This document shows, piece after piece, positions 63,554 to 64,000 of a stretch of 64,000 nucleotides of DNA; position 1 is the first letter of the stretch, and every line of letters begins with the position of its first letter. The stretch lies in the IMG/VR virus record IMGVR_UViG_3300020578_000006, positions 124,001 to 188,000 of that record, one strand, 5' to 3'. The notes under the pieces are model-generated. The model made no database searches. It had not been told where the DNA came from and was given only the letters and a program-made list of their open reading frames with translations. The translations under genes were made by a program, and so were the position numbers.

Positions 63554-64000
63554 TTAAATTACTTGAAATTCTATTGTGTAATTTGTATTTGCCCCTAATT
63601 GCTGCACTCGCATAGTATAAGAGCCTTGATTATAGGGAGCAGAAGCGGTAAGAATTTCTTGATTTATGTTACCGGGTCCAAAGTGTTGTTGTGCTAGCAT
63701 TTGATCTGGATTATCTCCTGCTGTCCATTGAGACCCTGATTGAATTCCCAACCATGCTACATTATCTACTGAATTGTAATTCCTAAGTATAATTTTATTT
63801 AATATCTTATTATTCCCTACATTAAAGGTAAAATAATCACTATTTCCAGCTACAGAAGCAACAACTAAGCCATTACCAGTGTTTAAAGTTACAGGTGTAG
63901 GAACAAGTGCTATGTTTGAAAAAGGACCATTAATATTTTCTGCCCATATTGTATAACTAGGAGGCTCGGGGGAAGGTGATGGAGGGCAAGCACTTAAGAA
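63554..64000 (-). CDS. C-terminal part of a virion/surface protein with a beta-sandwich (PPC-like) domain; starts outside the window
   Basis: Frame open from 64000: FLSACPPSPSPEPPSYTIW...SDYFTFNV...GSYTMRVQQLGANTNYTIEFQVI; the TTG start in the ORF track is internal. Confidence 0.6.
   Translation of the reverse strand, partial: FLSACPPSPSPEPPSYTIWAENINGPFSNIALVPTPVTLNTGNGLVVASVAGNSDYFTFNVGNNKILNKIILRNYNSVDNVAWLGIQSGSQWTAGDNPDQMLAQQHFGPGNINQEILTASAPYNQGSYTMRVQQLGANTNYTIEFQVI

Noticed and set aside
1-64000. Alternative genetic code (TAG reassigned), prompted by the amber at 52242
   Set aside because: Long core genes are intact under the standard code, and TAG ends denA-like (43225-27) and queE (54519-21) at natural-looking C-termini.
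1-64000. tRNA/rRNA genes, CRISPR arrays, IS elements, introns, inteins
   Set aside because: Intergenic gaps are mostly under 100 nt and filled by promoters; no repeat-spacer array or cloverleaf was seen; gp17, gp41, gp43, UvsX and UvsW are uninterrupted and of normal length.

Overview
This 64 kb window is an AT-rich, gene-dense fragment of a large T4-like (Tevenvirus/Kyanovirus-type) myophage. It holds three kinds of module. (i) Tail, baseplate and packaging genes: gp6 (partial), gp25, gp53, gp48/54-like, gp19, gp18, gp3-like, gp17, gp14 and a probable gp16. (ii) A T4-type replication/recombination module: gp44, gp61, gp45, gp32, gp59-like, gp41, UvsX, gp43, gp46, gp47, gp55, UvsW, UvsY and DenA-like. 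(iii) Accessory genes: 7-deazaguanine synthesis (folE, queD, queE, queC plus a separate class II amidotransferase), dUTPase, phoH, an RmlD-like enzyme and about eleven glycosyltransferase-like genes. No tRNA, rRNA, CRISPR array, intron, intein or IS element was recognised. Patterns read directly from the sequence: 18 sigma70-type promoters, 16 with a 16-nt spacer, all 5-7 nt before the start codon; 25 T4-late NATAAATA boxes, mostly 4-8 nt before the start codon, which implies largely leaderless translation; about 19 putative late proteins with T4 capsid-targeting/gp21-cleavage-like N-termini, including a HIGH nucleotidyltransferase plus KxDG ligase-like pair, a PD-(D/E)xK-like protein and an aspartic protease; an in-frame nested late gene; and a mini-ORF coupled to the tail sheath gene. 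Protein family calls come from motif recognition and synteny, not database searches.
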